Assembly: GCA_963795365.1 (NCBI GenBank)
Contig: CAWCHW010000034.1
Coordinates: 92,124-156,123, forward strand
Reading direction: 5' to 3'
DNA: 64,000 nt
DNA from: an uncultured Alphaproteobacteria bacterium
GTDB taxonomy: Bacteria > Pseudomonadota > Alphaproteobacteria > Rhizobiales > Xanthobacteraceae
Below, piece by piece: positions 54,880-64,000 of the stretch (its first letter is position 1; every line of letters starts with the position of its first letter). Position numbers and translations under genes: made by a program. The notes under the pieces are model-generated. The model did no database searches. It saw nothing but the letters and a program-made list of their open reading frames with translations, and was not told the DNA's origin.

Positions 54880-55400
54880 ACGACGGGCAAAACACTTGGC
54901 TGATTTCCAGAAACGCTTGTCAATCCCATATCGCAAAAATATTCCTTATTTCCGAATGTCAGAAATCATGATTTAACGAAGTCATCCCGCGCTTACCAAA
55001 GAGGCGCTTCGCGGTCGTCACGAAACGTGGTGCGGGATGCGATGGACGTGATTGGTGTCGCAAGACGTGCGGGATCGATCGCGTACGGTCAAGCCGTGTG
55101 GTCCTGTCCCCTCGACGCTGGGGTCAAGTTGCGCAAAGCGATTTGCGTAGCGACGGTGACTAGAACGCCCGACACACCGGGGAGAGCGCGGAGCAGCCGT
55201 AAAGCCATTGCGCAGGGAGTGCCGTGACCGATTTCGGCCCTGCCTGACGACTTGTGGGCATTTTCCCTTTCAGCCCACAAGGATTGCGGGTGCGGTTAGC
55301 GCCCGGCATTCCCTGCGCCCTCTGTCTTCCGAGGGACACCGAAATTGCAAAGCCCGGGCGCGAATGCGTCGCGGGATCGCGTCGACGCGTTTGGCGTGTT
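54880..55400 (+). ncRNA. Large structured non-coding element (candidate ncRNA or non-autonomous repeat); boundaries approximate
   Basis: Nested helices catcccgc/gcgggatg, gttgcgcaaa/tttgcgtagc, gcgcagggagtgccg/cggcattccctgcgc, cttgtgggc/gcccacaag; no credible ORF. Confidence 0.6.
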
Positions 55401-55552
55401 CCGCATCGGGTCCGGCGACGACGAGCCATTTCCGAGGTCGCGTGAACGCGACTTGAGCATGCTTCGCATCCGGGCCAATCTTCGCGAGAGGGGATCGGCG
55501 CGTTCGGCCGTGATTCTCCGCCTCTCGCGACACAATGCTGACGGACCACCAG

Positions 55553-56653
55553 ATGTCGACCTTGGAAGCTGCGTTGCGGGGAGGGGCAGTGATCGTGCTC
55601 CTGCTGCGTGTCCTCGTCCACGCCCAAAACGCGCGACACGATCCAGTCAGTCGCTATGCGGCGCTGTTTCTGTTGGGTGCTGCGGCCTACGTCGTCGAAT
55701 CCTCGCCCGGCTTCGGCGCGCTGGATCTGCGCTGGAGACTTCCCATCCACGTCGTCAGCTGCGGCACGCCGGCTGCATTCTGGATCACGACGGGCGGGTT
55801 TTTCGTCGATGAGTTTCGCCCGCGCTGGTATCACACGCTCGCCTGGCTGGCGCTGGCCACCATCGCCGTCGTGGAAATGTGGGTCCGCTCGACATCCCTG
55901 TTCGCGGTGCATTCCGCCTTGTCACTGTCGTGTGTCCTGCTCGCCATCTGGCATGCGCTGGCTGGTCGGGCGACCGACCTGGTGGAAGGGCGGCGCCGGC
56001 TTCGCGTCGTGTTCGCGGTTGCGACCGCGCTGTACACAATGCTGATCGTCGCCTCCGACTGGTTATGGCCCGGCGGCCTGTCGGTTGCGTCGCTCAGTCT
56101 CGCCAATGCGGCCGGGTTGATGACGTTCATCTTCCTTTTCGCGGTATTGGAGTCGCTGCCATCCACCGCGCAGCCGTTGGTGCGCACTGCCACGCCAGCC
56201 GGGCCGCCGCAATCCCTCGCCAGTGACCCGCGGGCGGCAGCGCCTCCGGCCGGGCCCGACGCGGCACTGCTCGCCGCGCTGCGCAGGCTGATCGACCACG
56301 ACAAGGTCTATCGCGAGCCGGACCTGAGCATCGCGTCGCTGGCGCAGAAGCTCGACATTCCCGAATACCGGCTGCGCCGTCTCATCAACGAGCAGCTTGG
56401 CCATCGCAATTTCAGCGCCTTCATCAACGGCTATCGGCTGGGGGAGGCCGAGACGGCACTGCGCGATCCCCGTCAAGCCGATGTTCCGGTCCTGACGATT
56501 GCGCTGGACGCCGGCTTCGGCTCGATCGGGCCGTTCAATCGGGCCTTCAAGGCGCATACGGGTCTGACGCCGACGGAGTACCGCCGCGTCCGCCGCGACG
56601 GCACGCAAGGCGTCGAGCCGTCGCCGATTCCGCAACTGACTGGCCGTTTTTAG
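55553..56653 (+). CDS. AraC-family regulator with N-terminal multi-TM sensor
   Basis: Several TM helices, then YREPDLSIASLA..PEYRLRRLIN..NFSAFIN, IALDAGFGSIGPFNRAFK..GLTPTEYR. Confidence 0.93.
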   Translation: MSTLEAALRGGAVIVLLLRVLVHAQNARHDPVSRYAALFLLGAAAYVVESSPGFGALDLRWRLPIHVVSCGTPAAFWITTGGFFVDEFRPRWYHTLAWLALATIAVVEMWVRSTSLFAVHSALSLSCVLLAIWHALAGRATDLVEGRRRLRVVFAVATALYTMLIVASDWLWPGGLSVASLSLANAAGLMTFIFLFAVLESLPSTAQPLVRTATPAGPPQSLASDPRAAAPPAGPDAALLAALRRLIDHDKVYREPDLSIASLAQKLDIPEYRLRRLINEQLGHRNFSAFINGYRLGEAETALRDPRQADVPVLTIALDAGFGSIGPFNRAFKAHTGLTPTEYRRVRRDGTQGVEPSPIPQLTGRF

Positions 56654-56685
56654 AAATCGGCCAGCCTCGCCGGGAAATCGGCGAG
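56624..56685 (+). promoter_or_regulatory. 21-bp-periodic direct repeat, candidate AraC binding site
   Basis: GAAATCGGC at 56653 and 56674, degenerate GCAACTGAC at 56632; third unit also folds (ctcgccg/cggcgag). Confidence 0.5.
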
Positions 56686-56750
56686 AGGCGGAGTTTCACA
56701 TGTGCGACCTTCGATTCCGCGGGCAGGGACCCGCCATGCGGAGGCCGCCA

Positions 56751-57653
56751 ATGACGCTGCTGATCGAGGTGCTGCAATTCGCCCTTCCCGCCGTGATCGT
56801 CATCGCCACGCTGGAGGGCCTCGTGCTGGCCTTCGTGATGCGGCGCGACTACAACTGGCGCGCCTGGCTCGCCTCGTTCGCCGACGCGATCGGCCGGCAA
56901 TATTTCGTTTACACGCTGCTGCCGCTCAGCATTGCGCAGCCTCTGGTCGATCTGGCCTGGACACATCGGCTGTTCACCGTGCCCCTGAACAGCGCCGCCG
57001 CCGTCGTGCTGCTCGTGGTCGCCCAGGATTTCAGCTACTACTGGTTCCATCGCTGCAGCCACCGCGTGCGCTGGTTCTGGGCGACGCATGCGATCCACCA
57101 TTCCTCGAACGAGTTCAACCTCGCCGCCTCCTACCGCTTCGGCTGGACCGGGCGGCTGACCGGCGCGGCCGTGTTCTACGTGCCGATGATCTGGCTCGGC
57201 TTCGCGCCGGGTCCGGTGTTCATCGCCGCGGCCGTCAACCTGCTCTATCAATTCTGGCTGCATGCGGAGTGGATTCCGAAGCTCGGCTGGCTGGAATATG
57301 TGCTCAACACGCCCTCGCACCATCGCGTGCACCATGCCGCCAACCCGGAATATCTCGATCGCAATTACGGCGGCGTCTTCATCGTGTTCGATCGGCTGTT
57401 CGGGACCTTCGTGGCCGAGCGGGACGACCTGCCGTGCCGCTATGGCCTGGTGAAACCGCTGCGCTCCAACAACCCGATCATCATCGCCTGTCACGAATGG
57501 GCTGCGCTGGTGCGGGACCTGTGGCAGGCTCGCTCCTGGCGCGCGCGGTTTGCTTGCCTCGTCGGTCCGCCCGAGGGCGGTCCGGCGGCGCCGTTCGTTG
57601 CGACCGCAAAGGCGCGCGACGCCGGTCGAGAGGTCAATACCGCGGTTGCATGA
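56751..57653 (+). CDS. Sterol desaturase/fatty acid hydroxylase family di-iron enzyme (alkylglycerol monooxygenase-like)
   Basis: YYWFHRCSH, HAIHHS, QFWLH, TPSHHRVHH, NYGG..FDRLFGT; GGAGG RBS. Confidence 0.9.
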   Translation: MTLLIEVLQFALPAVIVIATLEGLVLAFVMRRDYNWRAWLASFADAIGRQYFVYTLLPLSIAQPLVDLAWTHRLFTVPLNSAAAVVLLVVAQDFSYYWFHRCSHRVRWFWATHAIHHSSNEFNLAASYRFGWTGRLTGAAVFYVPMIWLGFAPGPVFIAAAVNLLYQFWLHAEWIPKLGWLEYVLNTPSHHRVHHAANPEYLDRNYGGVFIVFDRLFGTFVAERDDLPCRYGLVKPLRSNNPIIIACHEWAALVRDLWQARSWRARFACLVGPPEGGPAAPFVATAKARDAGREVNTAVA

Positions 57654-57690
57654 AAGGTCGGGTCGCAAAAACGGTGAGCGGGAGGATCGC

Positions 57691-58845
57691 ATGAGACGGC
57701 GCCAGTTCATTTCCCTTCTCGGCGGCGCTGCGCTGGCGCCGCTCACTTCCTCGCGCGTGGACGCGGAGGCGCCCGCCGGCTGCGGTTTTCCGGTCGCGCG
57801 GGATGAGGGCTGGCCTGTCGCCTCGGCTGATGAGGACAAGCTCGTCGACCGCGATGCGCTGTGCCGGATGGCTGAGCGGCTCGAGAGCACGGCCAATGTG
57901 CACGCTGTACTGGTCACGCGCGGCGGCAAGCTGGTGTTCGAGCGGTACTTGGGGGGCACCGACGAAATCTACGATCGCCCGATTGCAAACGCCACCTTCG
58001 ATGCAGACACACTGCACGACATGAAATCGGTTTCGAAGAGCGTCGCGTCACTCGTGCTCGGCATTGCGATTGATCGCGGAATCATCCGCAGCGTCGACGA
58101 ACCGATCTTCAGCTTTTTCCCCGAATTGTCCGACTTGCGCACCCCTGAAAAGGATGGACTGCGGCTGTCGCACGCACTCACCATGTCGATGGGTCTGAGG
58201 TGGGTGGAAGCGACCCCGAGCACCGGGAATGACAACAACGACGAGGCGCGCATGAATACGGCGCCGGATCCGTGTCGTTACGTCCTCGGTCTTCCGTCAA
58301 CGGCCCCTCCGGGACAGGAGTTCTTCTACAACACCGGCGCGCTGAGGCTGCTGTCAGCCATCATCCGCAAGGCGACCGGACGGCCGCTCGACGAATTTGC
58401 ACGCGAGACGTTGTTCGGGCCTCTGGGCATCACCCGCTTGGAGTGGAGGCGGTACAAGGGGGATACCGATACCGGAGGAGGGTTGCGCCTGCGGCCGCGC
58501 GACATGGCAAAGATCGGCCAGCTCGTCCTCGCGGGCGGCAGCTGGAACGGTCGCCAGATCGTACCGAAGGCATGGATCGATGCCTCAATGACACCGCGGC
58601 TCGAGGCGACCGGCCGCTATTTCTATGGATATCTCTGGTGGCTCGGCCGCTCCCTGCATCATGGGCGGGAGGTGCATTGGGCCGCAGCCCTTGGCCGCGG
58701 CGGGCAGTCGATCCACATCGTTCCGGAGCTCGATCTCGTCGTCGCGGTGACCGCGGGGTACTACCAGGACTACAGCCCGCACGCGTTTCAATTGCAGTAC
58801 GGCGTCTTCAAGGACGTCCTGCGCGCGATTTCGCCTCCAGGCTGA
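57691..58845 (+). CDS. Tat-exported serine hydrolase, beta-lactamase class C-like family
   Basis: MRRRQFISLLGG twin-arginine leader, SVSK, LTMSMG, FFYNTG, RDMAKIGQL, YGYLWW; GGAGG RBS. Confidence 0.9.
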   Translation: MRRRQFISLLGGAALAPLTSSRVDAEAPAGCGFPVARDEGWPVASADEDKLVDRDALCRMAERLESTANVHAVLVTRGGKLVFERYLGGTDEIYDRPIANATFDADTLHDMKSVSKSVASLVLGIAIDRGIIRSVDEPIFSFFPELSDLRTPEKDGLRLSHALTMSMGLRWVEATPSTGNDNNDEARMNTAPDPCRYVLGLPSTAPPGQEFFYNTGALRLLSAIIRKATGRPLDEFARETLFGPLGITRLEWRRYKGDTDTGGGLRLRPRDMAKIGQLVLAGGSWNGRQIVPKAWIDASMTPRLEATGRYFYGYLWWLGRSLHHGREVHWAAALGRGGQSIHIVPELDLVVAVTAGYYQDYSPHAFQLQYGVFKDVLRAISPPG

Positions 58846-58866
58846 AGCGCAGGCATGGAAGCGGCG

Positions 58867-59814
58867 TTACTTCGCGTATTTGCCCGCAAGCTGCGGGGTG
58901 ATGTCCGGGTAGGCGCCCGGTGTCTTCTCCCTGGCCTCTTCGTGTATCTGGAGGCGGGTCTTGCGCGCCCAACTGCGCTTCAACGCGTCCTTCACGGTAA
59001 ACTTCAACCGGCCGAGCCCGTCGATCTCCTGCTCGATCGTGTCGCCGTCCATGTACGGATTGAGACCGCGGTGATTGGTGCCGGTGGCGACGATGTCGCC
59101 GGGCAGCAGGGTATGGATCGACGACAGCCAGGCGATGCACTTGGCGATCTTGTGACCCATGTCGTCGGTGTTGAAGTTCTGCATCAGCACGCCGTTGTTC
59201 CACTGCCTGACCTGCAGCTTCAGCGGGTCCTTGATCTCGTCCGATGTGACGAGATACGGGCCGATCGGCGCGAAGGTATCGCGGCTCTTCATCTGGAAGA
59301 ACACGTTGCCCTGCGGCGGCAGGCCGCGCGCCGAACCGTCGATGAAGTTCATGTAGCCGAAGACGTAGCTCATTGCCTCGGCTTCGCTGACATGGCTGCA
59401 CCTCCTGCCGATGACGACGGCCATCTCGGCCTCGCCCTCGAAGATCGTGGCCGGCACGTCGGGCAGCACCATCGTGTCGCCATGTCCGATGATCGCGCTC
59501 GGCGATTTGTGGAACGCGTTGATCGGCGCCGGCGCGCTGCGCGTGCCGTCTTCCATATAGTTGACCGCCATGCAGTCGATCGTGCGTGGGCCCGGCACGG
59601 GCGGACGGATGCGGACGCCGGAGACCGGCACCCCTGTGCCGCGCGCGACCGCCGCCTCGAGCCGCGACTTGTAGCTGCCCCAGCTTTCGATCAGCCCGTT
59701 CATCAAATCGCCCGGGCAAGTCCGCGGGATGTCCTTGACCTCTGCACTGACATCGACCACGGCGTCGCCCTTCAGCACGCCGAGCTTGAAATCGTCGAAA
59801 TAGACCAGCTTCAT
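58867..59814 (-). CDS. Fumarylacetoacetate hydrolase family protein
   Basis: FHKSPSAIIG, EAEMAVVIG, KSRDTFAPIGP, LLPGDIVATGT. Confidence 0.92.
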   Translation of the reverse strand: MKLVYFDDFKLGVLKGDAVVDVSAEVKDIPRTCPGDLMNGLIESWGSYKSRLEAAVARGTGVPVSGVRIRPPVPGPRTIDCMAVNYMEDGTRSAPAPINAFHKSPSAIIGHGDTMVLPDVPATIFEGEAEMAVVIGRRCSHVSEAEAMSYVFGYMNFIDGSARGLPPQGNVFFQMKSRDTFAPIGPYLVTSDEIKDPLKLQVRQWNNGVLMQNFNTDDMGHKIAKCIAWLSSIHTLLPGDIVATGTNHRGLNPYMDGDTIEQEIDGLGRLKFTVKDALKRSWARKTRLQIHEEAREKTPGAYPDITPQLAGKYAK

Positions 59815-60149
59815 CGTATGTTCCTCGCCTTTATGCCGAGCTTGCGCCCATGTTGCTTCGATCGCCGCGCCAACCGTTCGGCGATCAGCTTACACTGCTT
59901 CCGCGCCGGGCCTGCAAGGCCCGGACGCGATCGGGCCGGAACGCGGAAGCGCTCCCCCAACTCCGTTGTCATTCTGCGCTCGCGCCAACAGGCCCCCTCC
60001 AAATGACGACAGCATGAATCCGCACCATTTCTCAGATTGCGCGAACGCGCTTGAGCCTGCTTCAAATCCGGACCAATCTGGGCAAAATTGGTCGCTACGT
60101 CACCGAGACCGGATGGTCCGGCGGCTAAAATGAGCCTCGGGGGAAGCGA

Positions 60150-62456
60150 ATGTCCTATTCCGAAGACCTGCATGCCGCGGCACTGGCCTACCACCGGCTG
60201 CCGCAGCCCGGAAAACTCGAGATCCATGCCACCAAGCCGCTCGCCAACCAGCGCGACCTCGCCCTGGCCTATTCCCCCGGCGTCGCCGCGGCCTGCACCG
60301 AGATCGCAAAAGACCCTGGGGAAGCGGCCTCGCTCACCGCCCGCGCCAATCTGGTGGCGGTGGTCTCCAATGGTACCGCGGTGCTCGGGCTCGGCAATAT
60401 CGGCCCGCTGGCCTCCAAGCCCGTGATGGAAGGCAAGGCGGTGCTGTTCAAGAAATTCGCAGGGATCGACGTTTTCGACATCGAGATCGCGGCCGACACC
60501 ATCGAGCGCGTGGTCGAGACGGTGGCGGCGCTGGAGCCGACCTTCGGCGGCATCAACCTTGAAGACATCAAGGGCCCGGAGTGTTTCGAGATCGAGGCGC
60601 AGCTCAAGGAGCGCATGAAGATCCCGGTGTTTCACGACGACCAGCATGGCACCGCCATCATCGTCGGTGCGGCCATCACCAATGCGTTGCTGCTCAACGG
60701 CAAGAAGCTGCCCGACGTCAAGATCGTCTGTTCCGGGGCAGGGGCCGCGGCGATCGCCTGCCTCAATCTGCTGGTCTCGCTCGGCGCCAAACGCGAGAAC
60801 ATCTGGGTCTGCGACATCGAAGGCGTGGTCTATGAAGGCCGCACGACGTTGATGGACCGCTGGAAGGGGGTTTATGCGCAGAAGACCGACAAGCGGAAGC
60901 TTGCCGATGTGATCGGCGGCGCCGACATCTTCCTCGGTCTCTCCGCGCCGCGGGTCCTTACCCAGGATATGGTCAAGCAGATGGGCAAGGGGCCGCTGGT
61001 GATGGCGCTCGCCAATCCCGATCCGGAAATCATGCCGGACGAGGCGCGCGCGGCGCGGCCCGACGCCATGATCTGCACCGGCCGCTCCGACTTCCCCAAC
61101 CAGGTCAACAACGTCCTGTGTTTCCCTTTCATCTTCCGCGGCGCGCTCGACGTCGGCGCCACCGCCATCAACGAGGAGATGAAGCACGCCGCGGTCGATG
61201 CCATTGCGCAGCTTGCCCGCGATCCGCCGTCCGACGTGGTGGTACGCGGTTTGGCTAGCGCCGACACGCAAGGATTCGGTCCGGGCTCGCTGATCCCCAG
61301 TCCCTTTGATCCCAGACTTATTCAACGCATCGCGCCGGCGGTCGCCAAGGCCGCGATGGACTCCGGCGTTGCGACGCGCCCGATCAAGAATTTCGACGAA
61401 TATACCGGGCTGCTGGAGCGCTTCGCGTTCCGTTCCGGCCTGATCATGCGGCCGGTGTTCGCCAAGGCACGGAGCCAGCCGGTGCGGGTGATCTATGCTG
61501 AAGGCGAGGATGAGCGCGTACTGCGCGCGACGCAGCAGGTGCTGGAAGAGGGCCTGGCCAAGTTGATCCTGGTCGGCCGCCCGTCCGTGGTGGAGGCGCG
61601 GATTGAGCGGTTCGGGCTGTCGATCAAGGCCGGGCGCGATTTCGACCTGGTCAATCCCGAGGACGATCCGCGTTATCGTTCCTACGTACAGACCTATATC
61701 GAGGTTGCCGGCCGCCGCGGTGTCACGCCGGATGCGGCGCGCACGCTGGTGCGCACCAACAACACGGTGATCGCGGCGCTCGCGGTCGTGCGCGGCGAGG
61801 CGGACGCGATGATCTGCGGCCTCGAAGGCCGCTATATGCGGCATCTGCGCCACGTCCGCGACATCATCGGCCATGCGCCCGAGGTCAGCGATTTCGCGGC
61901 GCTCGGCATGCTCATTACCACCAAGGGTGCCTATTTCATCGCCGATACCGAGGTGCGACCCAACCCGAGCGCGGACGAGCTTTGCGAGGTGGCCGCACTT
62001 GCCGCCAATCACGTCCGGCGCTTCAACCTCGTGCCGAGGATCGCCTTCCTGTCGCATTCCGATTTCGGCAGCTACGACACCGACACCGCGCGCAAGATGC
62101 GTAATGCCACCGCGCTCCTGAAGCTGCATCATCCGCAGCTCGAAGCCGACGGCGAAATGCAGGGCGATACCGCGCTCTCGGAAGTCACGCGCAAGCTGGT
62201 GCTGCCGGATTCCGGTTTGCACGGCGAGGCCAACATCCTGATGATGCCGACGCTGGATGCCGCCAACATCGCCCATCAGATCGTCAAGGTACTCACCGAC
62301 GCCATTCCGGTCGGGCCGATCCTGATCGGACCGGCGCGGCCCGCGCACATTCTCACGCCATCGGTGACCGCCCGCGGCATCCTGAACATGACGGCGGTTG
62401 CCGCCGTCGAGGCCCAGGAGCGTGCGGGCAGGCAGCAGCCGAGCCTGTTCACATGA
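60150..62456 (+). CDS. maeB: Malic enzyme with C-terminal phosphotransacetylase-like domain
   Basis: [60 protein letters not shown]. Confidence 0.96.
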   Translation: MSYSEDLHAAALAYHRLPQPGKLEIHATKPLANQRDLALAYSPGVAAACTEIAKDPGEAASLTARANLVAVVSNGTAVLGLGNIGPLASKPVMEGKAVLFKKFAGIDVFDIEIAADTIERVVETVAALEPTFGGINLEDIKGPECFEIEAQLKERMKIPVFHDDQHGTAIIVGAAITNALLLNGKKLPDVKIVCSGAGAAAIACLNLLVSLGAKRENIWVCDIEGVVYEGRTTLMDRWKGVYAQKTDKRKLADVIGGADIFLGLSAPRVLTQDMVKQMGKGPLVMALANPDPEIMPDEARAARPDAMICTGRSDFPNQVNNVLCFPFIFRGALDVGATAINEEMKHAAVDAIAQLARDPPSDVVVRGLASADTQGFGPGSLIPSPFDPRLIQRIAPAVAKAAMDSGVATRPIKNFDEYTGLLERFAFRSGLIMRPVFAKARSQPVRVIYAEGEDERVLRATQQVLEEGLAKLILVGRPSVVEARIERFGLSIKAGRDFDLVNPEDDPRYRSYVQTYIEVAGRRGVTPDAARTLVRTNNTVIAALAVVRGEADAMICGLEGRYMRHLRHVRDIIGHAPEVSDFAALGMLITTKGAYFIADTEVRPNPSADELCEVAALAANHVRRFNLVPRIAFLSHSDFGSYDTDTARKMRNATALLKLHHPQLEADGEMQGDTALSEVTRKLVLPDSGLHGEANILMMPTLDAANIAHQIVKVLTDAIPVGPILIGPARPAHILTPSVTARGILNMTAVAAVEAQERAGRQQPSLFT

Positions 62457-62561
62457 GCGTGGAGACTTACCGGGCTCGGTTCCGCGCGCGGGCCTGAGCC
62501 GAATCGTTTGAAAAGCGTCGGCGGAACCTCCATAATTGCGCAACCGTTCGATTTGCTCGCA

Positions 62562-62729
62562 CTAGTGCCCACTTTCCGAAGTTCGTGATCCATCGCCGCA
62601 CGCACTTTCACGAACTTCGGAAAGTTATGGGCACTAGCAGACTTATGATGCTAGTACCGCTTTTCGATCTGAAGTCCCTGATAACAATTCACGGCTGATG
62701 GTGCAGGGACTTCAGATCGGCGGTACTAG
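62562..62729 (+). repeat. CTAG-bounded double-hairpin intergenic element, most intact copy (168 bp)
   Basis: ctagtgccc.actttccgaagttcgtga/tcacgaacttcggaaagt.gggcactag and ctagtaccgc.cgatctgaagtccctg/cagggacttcagatcg.gcggtactag. Confidence 0.93.
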
Positions 62730-62748
62730 AGCTTCCAAGAGGCCGACA

Positions 62749-63198
62749 ATGCCATTCATTACCTTCGGGCGAGTCCTGTTCGCCGTGCTCTTCATCTATT
62801 CAGGGGCGACCAAGCTGTTCGCCATCCAGACCACGGCCGATATGCTCGCCGCCAAGGTGACAATTCCGACGCTGCTTGCGCCCTACGTCGCCCAGATCGA
62901 GACGGGGACGAGCATGCAGTTTCCGCAGCTGCTGGCGATTGCGGTCGGCGCCTTCGAGGTGATCGCAGGTCTGATGATCGCACTCAATTTCGGTGCACGG
63001 TTCTTTGCGATCCTGCTGATCTTCTTCGTGATGGCGGCGACCTTCTACGCCCATGATTTCTGGAACCAGGCGGCTCCTGACAATGCCAAGACGATCATCG
63101 AGGCGCTGAAGAATCTCTCGATCATCGGCGCGCTGTTCATGATCGCGGGCTATGGACGGGGACGGCGGACCGCCGAGCCGGCCTACGGGGACGTCTGA
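62749..63198 (+). CDS. DoxX family membrane protein
   Basis: FGRVLFAVLFIYSG..K, HDFWN, LKNLSIIGAL. Confidence 0.9.
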   Translation: MPFITFGRVLFAVLFIYSGATKLFAIQTTADMLAAKVTIPTLLAPYVAQIETGTSMQFPQLLAIAVGAFEVIAGLMIALNFGARFFAILLIFFVMAATFYAHDFWNQAAPDNAKTIIEALKNLSIIGALFMIAGYGRGRRTAEPAYGDV

Positions 63199-63210
63199 TT
63201 GCTCAACGCC

Positions 63211-63765
63211 TCAGGCGTCGCGCCGCCACGGCGTGACGCTGACGTTTTCGGCCGCGTCCAGCAGCTGAGGGGTTCCCGGTTTCAATCCATGCGAACTGAG
63301 GATCTGCTCCGGCGTGAGCGCAGGCACGCCGGGAAAGCAGCCTTCGCCATCGGGGATTCTGACCTTTGGCGCCTCGGAGAGCCAGAACGTGTCGAAGCGG
63401 TCCATGAACATGGCGAACACAGCGGGCCCGCCGATGATGCCGATGGTGCCCGATCGGACGCCTGCGGCCTCGGCCGCCTGCTCGAACGTGCTGCCTACCG
63501 GATTCCACAGCGTCGCCTTGGGATTTTCGGGATCGGGTGCGAGCGCGGCGACCTTGCGTGTCACGATGATCCGCGTCCGCTTCGGCGAATTGGGCTGCGC
63601 TTCGCCTGAATTGCGGCCGTGCACGACGAGGTCGGCGCGATCGAGGGCGGCCGTGAAGAATTTCTTGTCGCCCTCGATCCTCAGTTCATCCGGCATGACA
63701 TGCGCGGCATTGGCCAGCATGCCGTCGGCCGAGACGATGACATAGCCTTCGATCCGGAACGCCAC
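63211..63765 (-). CDS. Dihydrofolate reductase-like protein
   Basis: VIVSADGMLA, DKKFF, VVHGRNS, IIVTR, IIGGPAVF. Confidence 0.8.
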   Translation of the reverse strand: MAFRIEGYVIVSADGMLANAAHVMPDELRIEGDKKFFTAALDRADLVVHGRNSGEAQPNSPKRTRIIVTRKVAALAPDPENPKATLWNPVGSTFEQAAEAAGVRSGTIGIIGGPAVFAMFMDRFDTFWLSEAPKVRIPDGEGCFPGVPALTPEQILSSHGLKPGTPQLLDAAENVSVTPWRRDA

Positions 63766-63783
63766 GATCTGGCGCGGCCGGTT

Positions 63784-64000
63784 CTACTGCGAGACTTCGG
63801 TGACGACGCTCGACAGCGGCCGGTTGCTCACCGTCGGCAGCTTCACGTCCTTCATCAAGGCTTCGTCATATTGCGGCAGCGATTGCACCGGTGCCTTGGC
63901 GCGCATCGCGACGACCTTGTAGCCTTCGGCCTTCAGGCGTTTCAGGAGGTCGGGCAGAAGCGCCGCAGTCTCCTTGTGGAAGTCGTGCATCAGGATGATG
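63784..64000 (-). CDS. Polysaccharide deacetylase (NodB domain), 3' end; rest outside window
   Basis: IILMHD..TAALLPDLLKRLKAEGYKVV. Confidence 0.8.
   Translation of the reverse strand, partial: IILMHDFHKETAALLPDLLKRLKAEGYKVVAMRAKAPVQSLPQYDEALMKDVKLPTVSNRPLSSVVTEVSQ

Noticed and set aside
54880-55400. Group II intron or short ORFs within the structured element
   Set aside because: No recognisable domain V or RT ORF; overlapping ORFs lack RBS and coding-like composition
57691-58845. Antibiotic-resistance beta-lactamase
   Set aside because: No KTG triad seen; fits the broad esterase/amidase-like family better
13879-62729. Palindromic repeats as a CRISPR array
   Set aside because: Copies are dispersed, not tandem with spacers; no cas genes

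Overview
High-GC alphaproteobacterial chromosome segment; gene content, gene order and intergenic repeats point to Bradyrhizobium or a close Nitrobacteraceae relative (inference). About 52 kb is conserved housekeeping backbone: alr-dnaB, rpsF-rpsR-DUF2232-rplI, TetR-desaturase-fabD-fabG-acpP-fabF-mltG-yicC-gmk, lptF-lptG-lptD-surA-pdxA-rsmA, pepA-holC, ndk, two TerC genes, ppk-ppx, hdaA, purM-purN, rnd, selO and aspS. An accessory patch follows aspS (about 52.0-59.8 kb). It holds gene remnants, a panE-like reductase, a methyltransferase, a ~500-bp highly structured non-coding element and a membrane AraC/desaturase/Tat-hydrolase module, and is followed by maeB and doxX. I saw no tRNA, rRNA, CRISPR array, integrase or transposase. 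The best leads are: (i) a CTAG-bounded double-hairpin element present three times, always oriented with transcription; (ii) the large structured non-coding element at about 54.9-55.4 kb; (iii) the AraC module with a 21-bp-periodic direct repeat at the regulator's 3' end; (iv) a passenger-less autotransporter barrel next to a TPR glycosyltransferase. Several 1-2 nt frameshifts may be sequencing errors. None of these is proven novel from the sequence alone.
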